Below, piece by piece: positions 47,242-56,647 of a DNA stretch of 64,000 nt; position 1 is the first letter of the stretch, and each line of letters opens with the position of its first letter. Origin of the DNA: Acidiferrobacterales bacterium (GTDB taxonomy: Bacteria > Pseudomonadota > Gammaproteobacteria > Arenicellales > JAJDZL01). Under the pieces are notes generated by a model, which was not told the origin of the DNA, did no database searches, and was given only the letters and a program-made list of their open reading frames with translations. The translations under genes and the position numbers were made by a program. The stretch is from NCBI GenBank assembly GCA_028820695.1, contig JAPPIB010000050.1, positions 145,683 to 209,682 of the forward strand, read 5' to 3'.

Positions 47242-49413
47242 ATGAAACAAAAAATTACCATGAATGAGGCATCGGTAAACGAGTTCAGCACACAAAAGCG
47301 GTGGCATCTGGCAGATTCCGGCATCGGAGAGGATGTCATCACCGAGGTGCTTGAGATCTACGGTTCTGACCCGACTGAAAGACAAGGCAATCCCATTGAT
47401 GTGATTGCGATATTGACAGAGGCGGAGGCGGACTGGGAAATGGCCGCCATCTCGGTTCTCAGGGGTTTGCATCCGGTCTCGAAATCGCAGATAGAGCGTA
47501 TAGGAAAACGCTTTGGCACGCCTATGCGCCAGCTGTACGAGAGCGCTTTGCAGTTGGACAGTATCTCACTGGCGGTCGAGCGCGGCACTTTGCAATCGGG
47601 GCCATCATCACGAAAAATTGACTTGAGCGCAATTCTCGTCGCCATGGTCGATGATCCTCGAGTGGTCGTGATTCATCTTGCCGAACTGCTGGTTAAGATG
47701 AGACGCGCCAGGGACCTGTCGGAAGTTGAAAAAAACAAGATGGCGCAACAGATGCTGTCGGTCTATACACCCTTGGCGAACAAGCTCGGAATCTGGAGGT
47801 TGAAGTGGGAACTTGAGGATTTGTCTTTCAAGTTTCTGAAACGTCCGGAATTTGACCGCATTGCGCGACTGGTTGATGAGCGTCGGGTCGAGCGAGAGCA
47901 ATATGTTGTCAGATTTGTCGCCGAGCTGCAGGCGCTGATGGATCGGTCGAATATCAGTGCGACAGTCAATGGACGGGCCAAACATCTGTACGGGATCTGG
48001 AACAAGTTGCAGAACAAGGGATTGAATCTGGAAAGTCTCTATGACTTGCGCGCAGTTCGGATTCTCGTGCCCGATATCGCTTCATGTTACTCGGCCCTGG
48101 GGGCGGTGCATGCATCTTGGGCGGCGGTTGAAGGCGAGTTCGATGACTACATTGCCGTGCCAAAACCGAACGGATATCGCTCCTTGCACACAGCTGTGTC
48201 CGGTCCGGATTCGAAGACGGTGGAAGTGCAGATTCGTACCGTCGAAATGCACAACGACTGCGAATTCGGCGTCGCTGCGCACTGGAAGTACAAGGAGAAC
48301 GCCAAATCGAGTGCATACCAGGACCGGAAAGTCAGGCTGCTGCGACAGATTCTCGAGTGGAAAGAGGAGATGCTGGGCTCGAAGGACGGTGATTCGATGT
48401 CGGTTGAAGGCTATACGGAAACTGTATTTGCGTTCACACCTGCAGGCAATGTCATTGAGCTTCCCTTAGGAGCCACTCCGATCGATTTTGCCTATGCGGT
48501 TCACACCGAGGTTGGGCATCGTTGTCGCGGCGCTATGGTGAATGGGCGAATCGTGCCGCTGACCTACGTCTTGCGAACCGGGGATTGGGTCGAGATACGA
48601 ACCGTCAAATCGGGTGGTCCAAGCCGCGACTGGCTGAATTCGAATGAAGGATTTACGGTGACATCCAGGGCACAGGCTCGAATCCGACGGTGGTTCAAAT
48701 TGGAAGAATACGGTCGATATCAGGCACAGGGCAAGCTGTTGCTTGAAAAGGAGTTCAACCGCCAGGGTCTCACTAAAGTCAACCTTGAGAAACTCGCCGG
48801 GGACAACGGGTTCAGGCACAGTCAGGACTTGCTGACTGCGATTGGCATGAAAGAGCTCAAGCCATCTCATGCCGTAACCAGCCTGATTCCCAAGCAAGTC
48901 GGGCAGGCCGACCCTTATCCGGAGGCGCCGCAACCACCCCATCGCAAACAGGAGACCATGACTTTACCGTTGTCGGTGCTGGGTGTCGGGGAACTTCTGA
49001 CACGGTATGCATCGTGTTGCGGACCCTTGCCCGGAGACGACGTGATCGGTTATGTGACCGTCGCGCGCGGCATTACGATACATCGGCCGGATTGCGGGAA
49101 CCTGAAGCGAATGCTGCAAGTTCATCCCGAACGGATGGTTGCCGTCAATTGGGAAACTGACAAGTTCACGAAGCGTCCGGTTGACATTGAAATGGTTGCG
49201 GAAGGACATCCTCAGTTGCTACAGGACGTTACGACTGCGATCACACAGCTGGGATTGGAACTGCTCAGTGTGAGTGCTGTCCGGGTCAAACATCAGGACC
49301 TCGGCAAGATCTACCTGAGTTTGGAGGTGGGAAGTGCCGAGGACCTGAAAAAGGCCTTGGCCCGACTGCGTCAGGTTGACAGGGTCTTGAAAGTCAACCG
49401 ATTGCACGGTTGA
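47242..49413 (+). CDS. relA: GTP pyrophosphokinase RelA ((p)ppGpp synthetase I)
   Basis: Synthetase block GYRSLHTAV.....VEVQIRT..MH...E.GVAAHWKYKE, a TGS region (VFAFTPAGNVIELP.GATPIDFAY) and a C-terminal ACT-like end. The N-terminal pseudo-hydrolase region lacks an obvious HD signature, so I call it RelA rather than SpoT. Confidence 0.92.
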   Translation: MKQKITMNEASVNEFSTQKRWHLADSGIGEDVITEVLEIYGSDPTERQGNPIDVIAILTEAEADWEMAAISVLRGLHPVSKSQIERIGKRFGTPMRQLYESALQLDSISLAVERGTLQSGPSSRKIDLSAILVAMVDDPRVVVIHLAELLVKMRRARDLSEVEKNKMAQQMLSVYTPLANKLGIWRLKWELEDLSFKFLKRPEFDRIARLVDERRVEREQYVVRFVAELQALMDRSNISATVNGRAKHLYGIWNKLQNKGLNLESLYDLRAVRILVPDIASCYSALGAVHASWAAVEGEFDDYIAVPKPNGYRSLHTAVSGPDSKTVEVQIRTVEMHNDCEFGVAAHWKYKENAKSSAYQDRKVRLLRQILEWKEEMLGSKDGDSMSVEGYTETVFAFTPAGNVIELPLGATPIDFAYAVHTEVGHRCRGAMVNGRIVPLTYVLRTGDWVEIRTVKSGGPSRDWLNSNEGFTVTSRAQARIRRWFKLEEYGRYQAQGKLLLEKEFNRQGLTKVNLEKLAGDNGFRHSQDLLTAIGMKELKPSHAVTSLIPKQVGQADPYPEAPQPPHRKQETMTLPLSVLGVGELLTRYASCCGPLPGDDVIGYVTVARGITIHRPDCGNLKRMLQVHPERMVAVNWETDKFTKRPVDIEMVAEGHPQLLQDVTTAITQLGLELLSVSAVRVKHQDLGKIYLSLEVGSAEDLKKALARLRQVDRVLKVNRLHG

Positions 49414-49431
49414 CAGCAACGCAATGGGTTT

Positions 49432-50214
49432 TCACTGAATCTCGTATTCGAACGTGCGCTGACACAGAATCCTGTCGCTCGACGGCTCGAATGTTCGTTC
49501 GTGGAACGTCACCATTCCTTCACGGCTGACAAGGATGACCGATGAACTTCGAGTACCGTAATCTTTCGTGCGGATGAATATGGGAAGTCTTGACGGATCG
49601 ACTGCTGGTATGGTTGTTGAGGCGTCCTGTTCAGGATGCCGTTGCCCCATTCCAGCTGTGTCGCTGTCCAGGAGGATGTCAAAAATCCGCTCCGCATCAA
49701 TGTGATCTTCCGATTGGGACAACTTCAGGAGTCTGCGCTTGCCTTCCTCCACCCTGGGCCAGGGCGTGTTCAGGAAATGATTGCTCAACCCGTGTACACC
49801 TTCGGTGATGTCGACGATCTGACGATCCCGATTGGTCTGGTATCGCAGACGGGAGAAGTCGCCAAAGATCAATCCGTAGCCGTTGTAATCCTGCCCTGAA
49901 TCATCCAGCAGTTGGGAATATTCAACCACCGATTGGTCAGCAGCCAAAAAACCGCTTACCAGCTTTCCCCGACTCTGGAGTCTGGAATTGTGACGTCCGG
50001 GTTCGTGGTGATTGGTTATCGCAGCGAACCGGCCACGGCGACTCAAGCCCAACCAGGTTCCACCGGCCTGTTCGTCCCTGCCTGCGATAATCTGTGGCAG
50101 GTCAGGCCAATAGTCAGCGGCAACGGCCGGCCGGTTGTAGTACTCGTCCCGATTGGCAGCGACAATGAATGGGTAGCGTGAACTTTGCCCAAGAGCGACT
50201 ATGATGACACACAT
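49432..50214 (-). CDS. NRDE family protein (DUF833)
   Basis: The N-terminus MCVIIVAL....YPFIVAANRDEYYNRP is the family-defining Cys2 plus NRDE motif. Confidence 0.85.
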   Translation of the reverse strand: MCVIIVALGQSSRYPFIVAANRDEYYNRPAVAADYWPDLPQIIAGRDEQAGGTWLGLSRRGRFAAITNHHEPGRHNSRLQSRGKLVSGFLAADQSVVEYSQLLDDSGQDYNGYGLIFGDFSRLRYQTNRDRQIVDITEGVHGLSNHFLNTPWPRVEEGKRRLLKLSQSEDHIDAERIFDILLDSDTAGMGQRHPEQDASTTIPAVDPSRLPIFIRTKDYGTRSSSVILVSREGMVTFHERTFEPSSDRILCQRTFEYEIQ

Positions 50215-50502
50215 ATCGGAATATCACCTGTCAGAATCCATGTTGATTTTTGACTTTCGAATCCTACTTGCATAGCACAATCTGTGTTCAAATTGAAGTT
50301 GGAAAACAATTTCCGGCCAATATTCAGGACTCAGGAGGTTCACTTCGATCACAGGCAACATTGTCAATCACGAGGCGTGGTGATGGCACATCAATTTATT
50401 GTAGGCGATTGCCGGGGAGATTTGACTCGGGGTGGTACTGGTGGAATCAGTTTGTCTCCAAGGCCTGATTTTCGTCTGGATTGCTTGGCGTGATCGGCAT
50501 TG

Positions 50503-50988
50503 TCAGGAGGACTTATGCTGAATTCGGTATGAACTGAGTTCTGAGGTCGTTTGACGCAACGACGCTCTGTCAATTCGACCTGTTCGAGCATATGTCAAAT
50601 CAGCATAAATCACATCTGTGTCTTTGAAATCGTCCACATGCCCATCGACTGATGCACGATCAGCCGCAGGCGGCTCACTGAATTCAATTGCGCCTGCCGA
50701 ATGGAGGTGTTCAAGGAAGTGGTTCAGTGAAATATGCACTGGATTTGTCGAACGCAAATCTGTGTTATGCAAGTACCGTTGAACAACTTCCTCGAAACTG
50801 CCTCTGCGGTCGGTATCGGGTTGTCTGAGCCAACTGTCAAGTCGAGCCAGATCCGTTTGTCGGCGTTGTACCGTACGGTGTGCATAGCCTTGGATTTGCA
50901 TTTGCGAGAAAAAACTCTCATACCACTCGCTCAGCAAACCTTCGCCATCGCAAAGTCGTTCCTGCCAATTGTTGAATGTCGAACACAT
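50503..50988 (-). pseudogene. tyrosine-recombinase (phage-integrase type) N-terminal fragment, catalytic domain missing
   Basis: LLSEWYESFFSQMQIQGYAHRTVQRRQTDLARLDSWL...VVQRYL resembles the SAM-like core-binding domain of tyrosine recombinases (F..YL...G.S..T......L..F..WL). The ORF stops after 161 aa with none of the R..HxxR..Y catalytic region. Confidence 0.4.
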
Positions 50989-51199
50989 AGAAAATACTCC
51001 TGCCTGTCTATAGGCAGCTTAGAAGACTAAATGCCATGTCGTTTTTCTGCTCAGCAATTGATTGATTGAATTGATGTATCAAAGTTTACCCGACATAGTT
51101 GAATAGTCGAGATAGAGTCTCCATTGGTATCAAACCAAGTCCGATGAAATGACTGCACTACAATAACCCCGATTACCGACTGAGTTTGAGGACTGCAGC

Positions 51200-53440
51200 A
51201 TGATTCCCATTGCCGGCTATGCAAATCGCTGGAGCGTTGGCCAAAACGAAACAATCCAATTCAAGGTTAGCAGCGAATTTGAGCAGCCCTATTCCGCTCG
51301 ACTTGTGCGCATAACCTGTGCCGATCCCAATCCTGATGGACCCGGCATCATTGAACATGATCTAGGGGACGTTTTTGCCGGTGAGTTTCCCTCCAGAAAA
51401 CAACCCGTCAAACTCGGATCCTATGGATTTGTACCCGTCGACGGCGCACTGGTACACTCTGATCACTACTCGGTCTGTGTGAATATCTGGCCGACATTGC
51501 CTCAATGCGGGAAGCAGACCATCATCTGTTTCAGGCAGGCGTCGGAGCTTAAACTGCTGGAGGTGTATTTGAAAAACGGTCACTTAGCTGCCTGCATAAA
51601 CGAAGACACAGTGCTGAGAAACCGAAGTGCCTTGCTTGAGCGATACTGGTACACCGTCAGGTGCATAGTCGACCTTAAAGCCAATGAATTGCACCTTGAT
51701 CAAGTTCCTCACAAGATCTCTTTCGAGGGTATAGAAAAAGGCAGGGATTCGTTGAGAATATCTCACGCGCCTTCACTGCCTGCGATAGATGAGATCTACA
51801 TAGCTTCAAGCGGCCCTGAACTGGACGCAGCACACTATAACGGCAAGATTGAACGTCCTGGGATTTATAAAGGAACATTTGACGAAGGATTCCCCAACCA
51901 ACCCGCAGCTATAGCGAATGAAGAAATACTTGAGAGTTCCTTTCAAGAGCAAATGGATACTTCGATTTTTGCGTTGTGGGACTTTTCACTGGACATTCAG
52001 ACTCAAAATATCACCGACATTGGTCGGTTTAATTTACATGGCAATCTGATCAACTGTCCCACACGAGCGATGAGAGGTTCCAACTGGAGCGGTAATGAAA
52101 TGGCCTGGAAACATGCTGCGAATGAGTATGGGGCCATCCATTTTCACGATGATGATATTTACGATTGCAATTGGCAAACTGACTTTGAGTTTACAGTTCC
52201 CAGCGGGTTTCCAAGCGCAATGTACTCGCTGCGAATTGAGTGTAACGACACCTACGAGGACATTCCGTTTTACGTTCGCCCCCAATTCGGCAAACCACAG
52301 TCAAAAATCTGTGTAATCGTTCCGACGTTCACCTATACCGTTTACACCAATCAGGCCCGTGCAATTGCCGGACCTGAGTATGAAGCCCTGGTGAAGGAAC
52401 GGGGAACTCGCCCCTGGACGCCCGACGAAATTCGAGATTTTGGACTGTCGACCTACAACTACCACAACGATGGCAGCGGAATCTGCCTTTCCTCAAGCCT
52501 CCGGCCATCGCTGACGATGCGTCCGAATTACATCACCATTTGCAGGGATTATGGGGGCTCGGGTATGCGGCATCTGCCGGCTGACACCCATCTGCTCGCC
52601 TGGCTTGAACACTTCGGCTACGAATACGATGTTGTATGCGATGAAGATGTTCACCGCGAAGGTGCGGAATTACTGAAACCCTACTCAGTGGTAATGACAA
52701 TGAGTCACCCGGAGTATCACACCCGCAATACACTGGATGCGATTGGTCAATACACCGAGTTTGGCGGGAGGCTGATGTATATGGGTGGAAACGGATTTTA
52801 CTGGAAGGTGGCCATCCGTGACGACCTTCCCGGGATGGTGGAAATTCGAAGGGGTGAAGGCGGTATTCGAATTTGGGCAGCGGAACCCGGTGAGTACTAC
52901 AACGCGCTTGATGGTGAGTACGGCGGTATGTGGCTGCGCAATGGACGCCCTCCGCAACAGATCGCCGGCGTTGGATTTACCGGTCAGGGTGACTTTCAGG
53001 GAACCTACTACCGACGCAATCCAGATATACCCAAACGATTTGAGTGGGTTTTCGACGGAATTGCCGATGAGATTCTGGGCGATTTCGGATTGAGCGGCGG
53101 TGGTGCCGCAGGTTTCGAACTCGACCGGATCGATTATGGACTGGGCACGCCGCTTCACGCCGCCGTCCTGGCCAGCTCAGAGATCTATCCCGAACATTTT
53201 GTCCTCGTTCCCGAAGAAATCCTTTCTCACCAGAGAACCCGTACCGGGGATCCGGTCGAAAAACTGATTCGTGCAGACATGACTATTTTCGAGACAAGCT
53301 TCGGTGGCTTTGTATTTTCTGTGGGATCAATCACCTATTGCGGCAGTCTGCCGTGGAACGGATTCGACAACAATATTTCTAAACTGACGCAAAACGTGCT
53401 CAACCGATTTTTGAGCAAGGATCACAGACGCACGGGGTAG
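51200..53440 (+). CDS. N,N-dimethylformamidase large (beta) subunit family protein
   Basis: The 746-aa protein is collinear with the DMFase large subunit as I remember it. Matching blocks are IAGYANRWSV..GETIQFKVS, LVRI.C.D.NP.GPG, YGAIHFHDDDIYDCNWQTDFEFTVP, LPADTHLLAWLEHFGYEYDV, SHPEYHT, GGGAAGFELDR.DY.LGTP, and RADMT.F....GG.VFS.GSI.Y.GSL.WN..DNN.SKLT.NVLN.F. Confidence 0.85.
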   Translation: MIPIAGYANRWSVGQNETIQFKVSSEFEQPYSARLVRITCADPNPDGPGIIEHDLGDVFAGEFPSRKQPVKLGSYGFVPVDGALVHSDHYSVCVNIWPTLPQCGKQTIICFRQASELKLLEVYLKNGHLAACINEDTVLRNRSALLERYWYTVRCIVDLKANELHLDQVPHKISFEGIEKGRDSLRISHAPSLPAIDEIYIASSGPELDAAHYNGKIERPGIYKGTFDEGFPNQPAAIANEEILESSFQEQMDTSIFALWDFSLDIQTQNITDIGRFNLHGNLINCPTRAMRGSNWSGNEMAWKHAANEYGAIHFHDDDIYDCNWQTDFEFTVPSGFPSAMYSLRIECNDTYEDIPFYVRPQFGKPQSKICVIVPTFTYTVYTNQARAIAGPEYEALVKERGTRPWTPDEIRDFGLSTYNYHNDGSGICLSSSLRPSLTMRPNYITICRDYGGSGMRHLPADTHLLAWLEHFGYEYDVVCDEDVHREGAELLKPYSVVMTMSHPEYHTRNTLDAIGQYTEFGGRLMYMGGNGFYWKVAIRDDLPGMVEIRRGEGGIRIWAAEPGEYYNALDGEYGGMWLRNGRPPQQIAGVGFTGQGDFQGTYYRRNPDIPKRFEWVFDGIADEILGDFGLSGGGAAGFELDRIDYGLGTPLHAAVLASSEIYPEHFVLVPEEILSHQRTRTGDPVEKLIRADMTIFETSFGGFVFSVGSITYCGSLPWNGFDNNISKLTQNVLNRFLSKDHRRTG

Positions 53441-53447
53441 TTGTCAG

Positions 53448-54188
53448 GTGACGAAGTACGCTTTTCCACTCATCGCCTTTACTGTTCTTGCTGTCTTTGC
53501 CTATTTCCTGAACTGGGACCTTCTTCTGTCCCTGGACTTTTCTGTCGTTTGGGAATACCGCGTGGTCCTGCTCAAGGGGCTCATGGTTACACTTGGACTG
53601 ACTGCTTGCGCGGCTGTCTCAGGGCTGCTCTTCGGAACCGTTCTGGCGATTGCCAGCCAGTCCGCAATTGCTCCACTTCGCTGGCTCGTGATCGCCTTTG
53701 TCGAGATCTGGCGCAACACGCCGCTGCTCGTGCAGTTGATCTGGATTCATTTCGCACTGCCGCTTGTTACGGGAATCAATACTACTGCTCTTGAGAGCGG
53801 TGTAATCGGAATCACCTTGCAGGCGAGTGCCTACTTTACGGAAATCGTCCGGGCCGGGATTGAATCGGTGCCCAAGGGACAGTGGGAGGCCGCCTATTCG
53901 CTGGCACTCCCTTCAAGGATTCGCTGGACCCGGGTGATTCTGCCGCCAGCCATCCGCACCATGATTCCGCCACTTGTAAATCTCACGATCAGTTTTTTCA
54001 AAGGGACCGCGATTCTATCCATACTTCACGTAAGCGAACTGATGACAGTAACCAATCGAATCAGCAACGTTACTTTCAAACCGGTGGAACTGTTCAGTGC
54101 AATCGCCGTCATTTACTTCATTGTGGGTATTGTGATGAGCAAAACCACGCTCAGGCTTGAATACTTTTTGCAAAAAAGAGAACGCTAA
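53448..54188 (+). CDS. amino acid ABC transporter permease (His/Glu/Gln/Arg/opine family)
   Basis: About 5 TM segments. The conserved loop is EIVRAGIESVPKGQWEAAYSLALP...W.RVILPPAIR..IPPLVN. GTG start. Confidence 0.9.
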   Translation: MTKYAFPLIAFTVLAVFAYFLNWDLLLSLDFSVVWEYRVVLLKGLMVTLGLTACAAVSGLLFGTVLAIASQSAIAPLRWLVIAFVEIWRNTPLLVQLIWIHFALPLVTGINTTALESGVIGITLQASAYFTEIVRAGIESVPKGQWEAAYSLALPSRIRWTRVILPPAIRTMIPPLVNLTISFFKGTAILSILHVSELMTVTNRISNVTFKPVELFSAIAVIYFIVGIVMSKTTLRLEYFLQKRER

Positions 54189-54853
54189 TGAGATTCGAAT
54201 GGGATCAACTGATACGCTACGGCCCGGATCTTTTGCAGGCCTTTGGTGTAACCATTTGGATTTCAGCGGTCTCCCTGTTGATCGGGATTGTTGTTGGCAT
54301 GTTCGCGTGCCTGGGGAAATTGCAGGAAAAAGGGCTTTCATTCCGAGTTGCAAACGGATTCATTGATTTTTTCAGAACCATTCCGGAAGTTGTACTGATT
54401 TTCTGGGTTTATTCGTGTCTCCCCCTGCTGCTGTCGATTCGAATATCGAGCGAAGCCTGCGGCATCATCGCACTTTCACTGTTCAGCGCAGCCTATCTCG
54501 CTGAGATTTTCCGCGCCGGTATTCTTGCAGTGCCCAAGGGACAGGTCGACGCTGCCAAGGCACTCGCTATTCCAAGATACTACATCTGGCGGCAGATCAT
54601 CATTCCACCGGCCATCCGTAGAATGATGCCGGCATTCGTCAATTTTTTGACTGAACTACTGAAGGCAACCAGTTTGCTGTCCGCAATTGCAGTGGGTGAG
54701 ATGGCCTATACGGCCAGCATACTCGGTGCACAGACTTTAAGCTACTTCGAATTTCTGACTGCTATTGCGGTTCTGTACTTTATCCTGATTTTTCCGTTCA
54801 GCCTGCTTGCCCGCCGTTCGGAGAAAAAACTGCTTCAGAAAACCGGGCACTGA
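54188..54853 (+). CDS. amino acid ABC transporter permease (second subunit)
   Basis: Paralogous to the previous gene. The conserved loop is EIFRAGILAVPKGQVDAAKALAIP......IIIPPAIRRMMPAFVN. Its start overlaps the previous stop. Confidence 0.9.
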   Translation: MRFEWDQLIRYGPDLLQAFGVTIWISAVSLLIGIVVGMFACLGKLQEKGLSFRVANGFIDFFRTIPEVVLIFWVYSCLPLLLSIRISSEACGIIALSLFSAAYLAEIFRAGILAVPKGQVDAAKALAIPRYYIWRQIIIPPAIRRMMPAFVNFLTELLKATSLLSAIAVGEMAYTASILGAQTLSYFEFLTAIAVLYFILIFPFSLLARRSEKKLLQKTGH

Positions 54854-54866
54854 AGGTCACCATTCA

Positions 54867-55619
54867 ATGGAATCTGAAAGAACATCCGGCGAACGCTTCA
54901 TTTCCTGCCGAAATGTTACCAAGCTCTTTGGCTCGTTCAAGGCATTGGATGATGTTTCCATCGACATTGACAAGGGTGAAATCGTTTGCGTTGTCGGACC
55001 TTCCGGCAGTGGAAAATCGACTTTCCTTCGCGTCATCAATGTGTTGGAAACGGTGAGCAGCGGAGAAATCATCGTCAACAACACACATTTGCCCGGCAGT
55101 CAAAAAGATGTTGAAGAAGTGCGACGGGAAGTCGGGATGGTTTTTCAGCAGTTCAATCTGTTTGAGCACATGTCAATCCGCGAGAATGTAACTTTTGCGC
55201 CGCGGGTTGCCCGGGGAATGTCAAAGACTGAGGCAAATGATTTGGCCGAGTCACTGCTTTCACGCGTCGGCATTGTCGAGCAAATTGAGAAATACCCCAA
55301 CCACTTATCCGGCGGCCAGCAACAGCGAGTGGCTATTGCCAGAGCGCTGGCGATGAAACCGCAAGCTATGCTGTTTGATGAACCGACCTCTGCGCTCGAC
55401 CCCGAAATGGTCATTGAAGTACTGGATGTAATGCGAGAACTTGCACACTCCGGAATGACAATGATCATCGTCACGCACGAAATGGGGTTTGCGAAAGAAG
55501 CTGCGAGTCGTATGTTGTTTATGGCCGATGGACAGTTCGCTGTCGATGCAGATACTGATGAGTTTTTTCGCGGTGGGGACAATCCAAAGCTTCAGCAGTT
55601 CCTGTTAAACATCCTGTAA
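54867..55619 (+). CDS. amino acid ABC transporter ATP-binding protein
   Basis: Walker A GPSGSGKST, signature LSGGQQQRVAIARAL, Walker B MLFDEPTSALD and H-loop VTHEM. The ATG at 54867 (codon 21) avoids overlap with the permease. Confidence 0.95.
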   Translation: MESERTSGERFISCRNVTKLFGSFKALDDVSIDIDKGEIVCVVGPSGSGKSTFLRVINVLETVSSGEIIVNNTHLPGSQKDVEEVRREVGMVFQQFNLFEHMSIRENVTFAPRVARGMSKTEANDLAESLLSRVGIVEQIEKYPNHLSGGQQQRVAIARALAMKPQAMLFDEPTSALDPEMVIEVLDVMRELAHSGMTMIIVTHEMGFAKEAASRMLFMADGQFAVDADTDEFFRGGDNPKLQQFLLNIL

Positions 55620-55808
55620 ACGACTCACCCAACGATGTATCACAACTTGATTTACAGCTCCGGCATTGACTCAAGGATACGAATCGTATGGTGGAATATG
55701 GCACTTCGGGGCAACAAATCATTACAATGGGGGTTGAGTTTCATAGAATCTCTCCCCATCGTGAAGAATCGATGAAGGGAACCATAATGAATATCTGGAG
55801 GAAAAGTT

Positions 55809-56600
55809 ATGATTTTTAGAGCATTAATCATCAAACTTGGCGTAGTATTAAGTTTACTTGCTGTCGGGTGGGGATCCGCTGTCGCACAGGACAATCTCAT
55901 CGGCGTAATCAAGGAGAGAGGGGAAATTCTCGTTTGTCATGCAGAAGCTTTGCCGTGGGGAGCCAAGGATCCGAAAACAGGGAACTGGGTCGGCACCGAC
56001 ATTGAAGCAGCAAAACACCTCGCTGGTATTATGGGAGTCGATTACAAACCTGTCGATTCGCAGTGGGGCACCCTGATTCCGAGTTTGGAAACTGGAAAGT
56101 GCGATATTGTGATGTCTCCAATGTTTCGTACAGCCGAACGAGCAATGCGAGTTTTGTTTTCGAATCCCTCGGGATACGAAACGCAGGGAACAGCAGTGCA
56201 TATGGACTCCGATGCCCAATCACACAGTGATCTGGATAAGGAAGGCATGATCATCGCAGTCGGTTCGGGCACAGCAGACGAAGCGTTTGCCAATCGCTTC
56301 TTCAAAATGGCACAAGTCAAGCCACTTGTGAGTGACAAACTGTCAACCTATTTTCTTGAAGTGGCCAGCAAACGAGCTGATGCGGTTTTGACCGACAGTT
56401 CATCACTGCGTAATTTCATCAAGCAGAATCCAGGCATGAATCTGCGTATCATTGATGACGCACCGCTCAATCCGCAAGGTTATGCCTATGCGGTACAGCC
56501 GGGCGAATATCACTTTGTCAACTTCATCAATGTTTGGCTGGAGACGATCGAGCAGCAAGGACTGAAAGACCAGTGGTATGAAATGGTCACCGCGGAGTAA
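55809..56600 (+). CDS. ABC transporter substrate-binding protein (family 3, polar amino acid type)
   Basis: Signal peptide (LSLLAVGWGSAVAQ), a periplasmic-binding fold of 263 aa, and motifs such as GK.D.VMSPM and D.....NPQGYAYAV. Confidence 0.88.
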   Translation: MIFRALIIKLGVVLSLLAVGWGSAVAQDNLIGVIKERGEILVCHAEALPWGAKDPKTGNWVGTDIEAAKHLAGIMGVDYKPVDSQWGTLIPSLETGKCDIVMSPMFRTAERAMRVLFSNPSGYETQGTAVHMDSDAQSHSDLDKEGMIIAVGSGTADEAFANRFFKMAQVKPLVSDKLSTYFLEVASKRADAVLTDSSSLRNFIKQNPGMNLRIIDDAPLNPQGYAYAVQPGEYHFVNFINVWLETIEQQGLKDQWYEMVTAE

Positions 56601-56647
56601 TGTGACTTTCCAGGTCAAACACCGCAGTACAACCTAAGAATCAGTAC

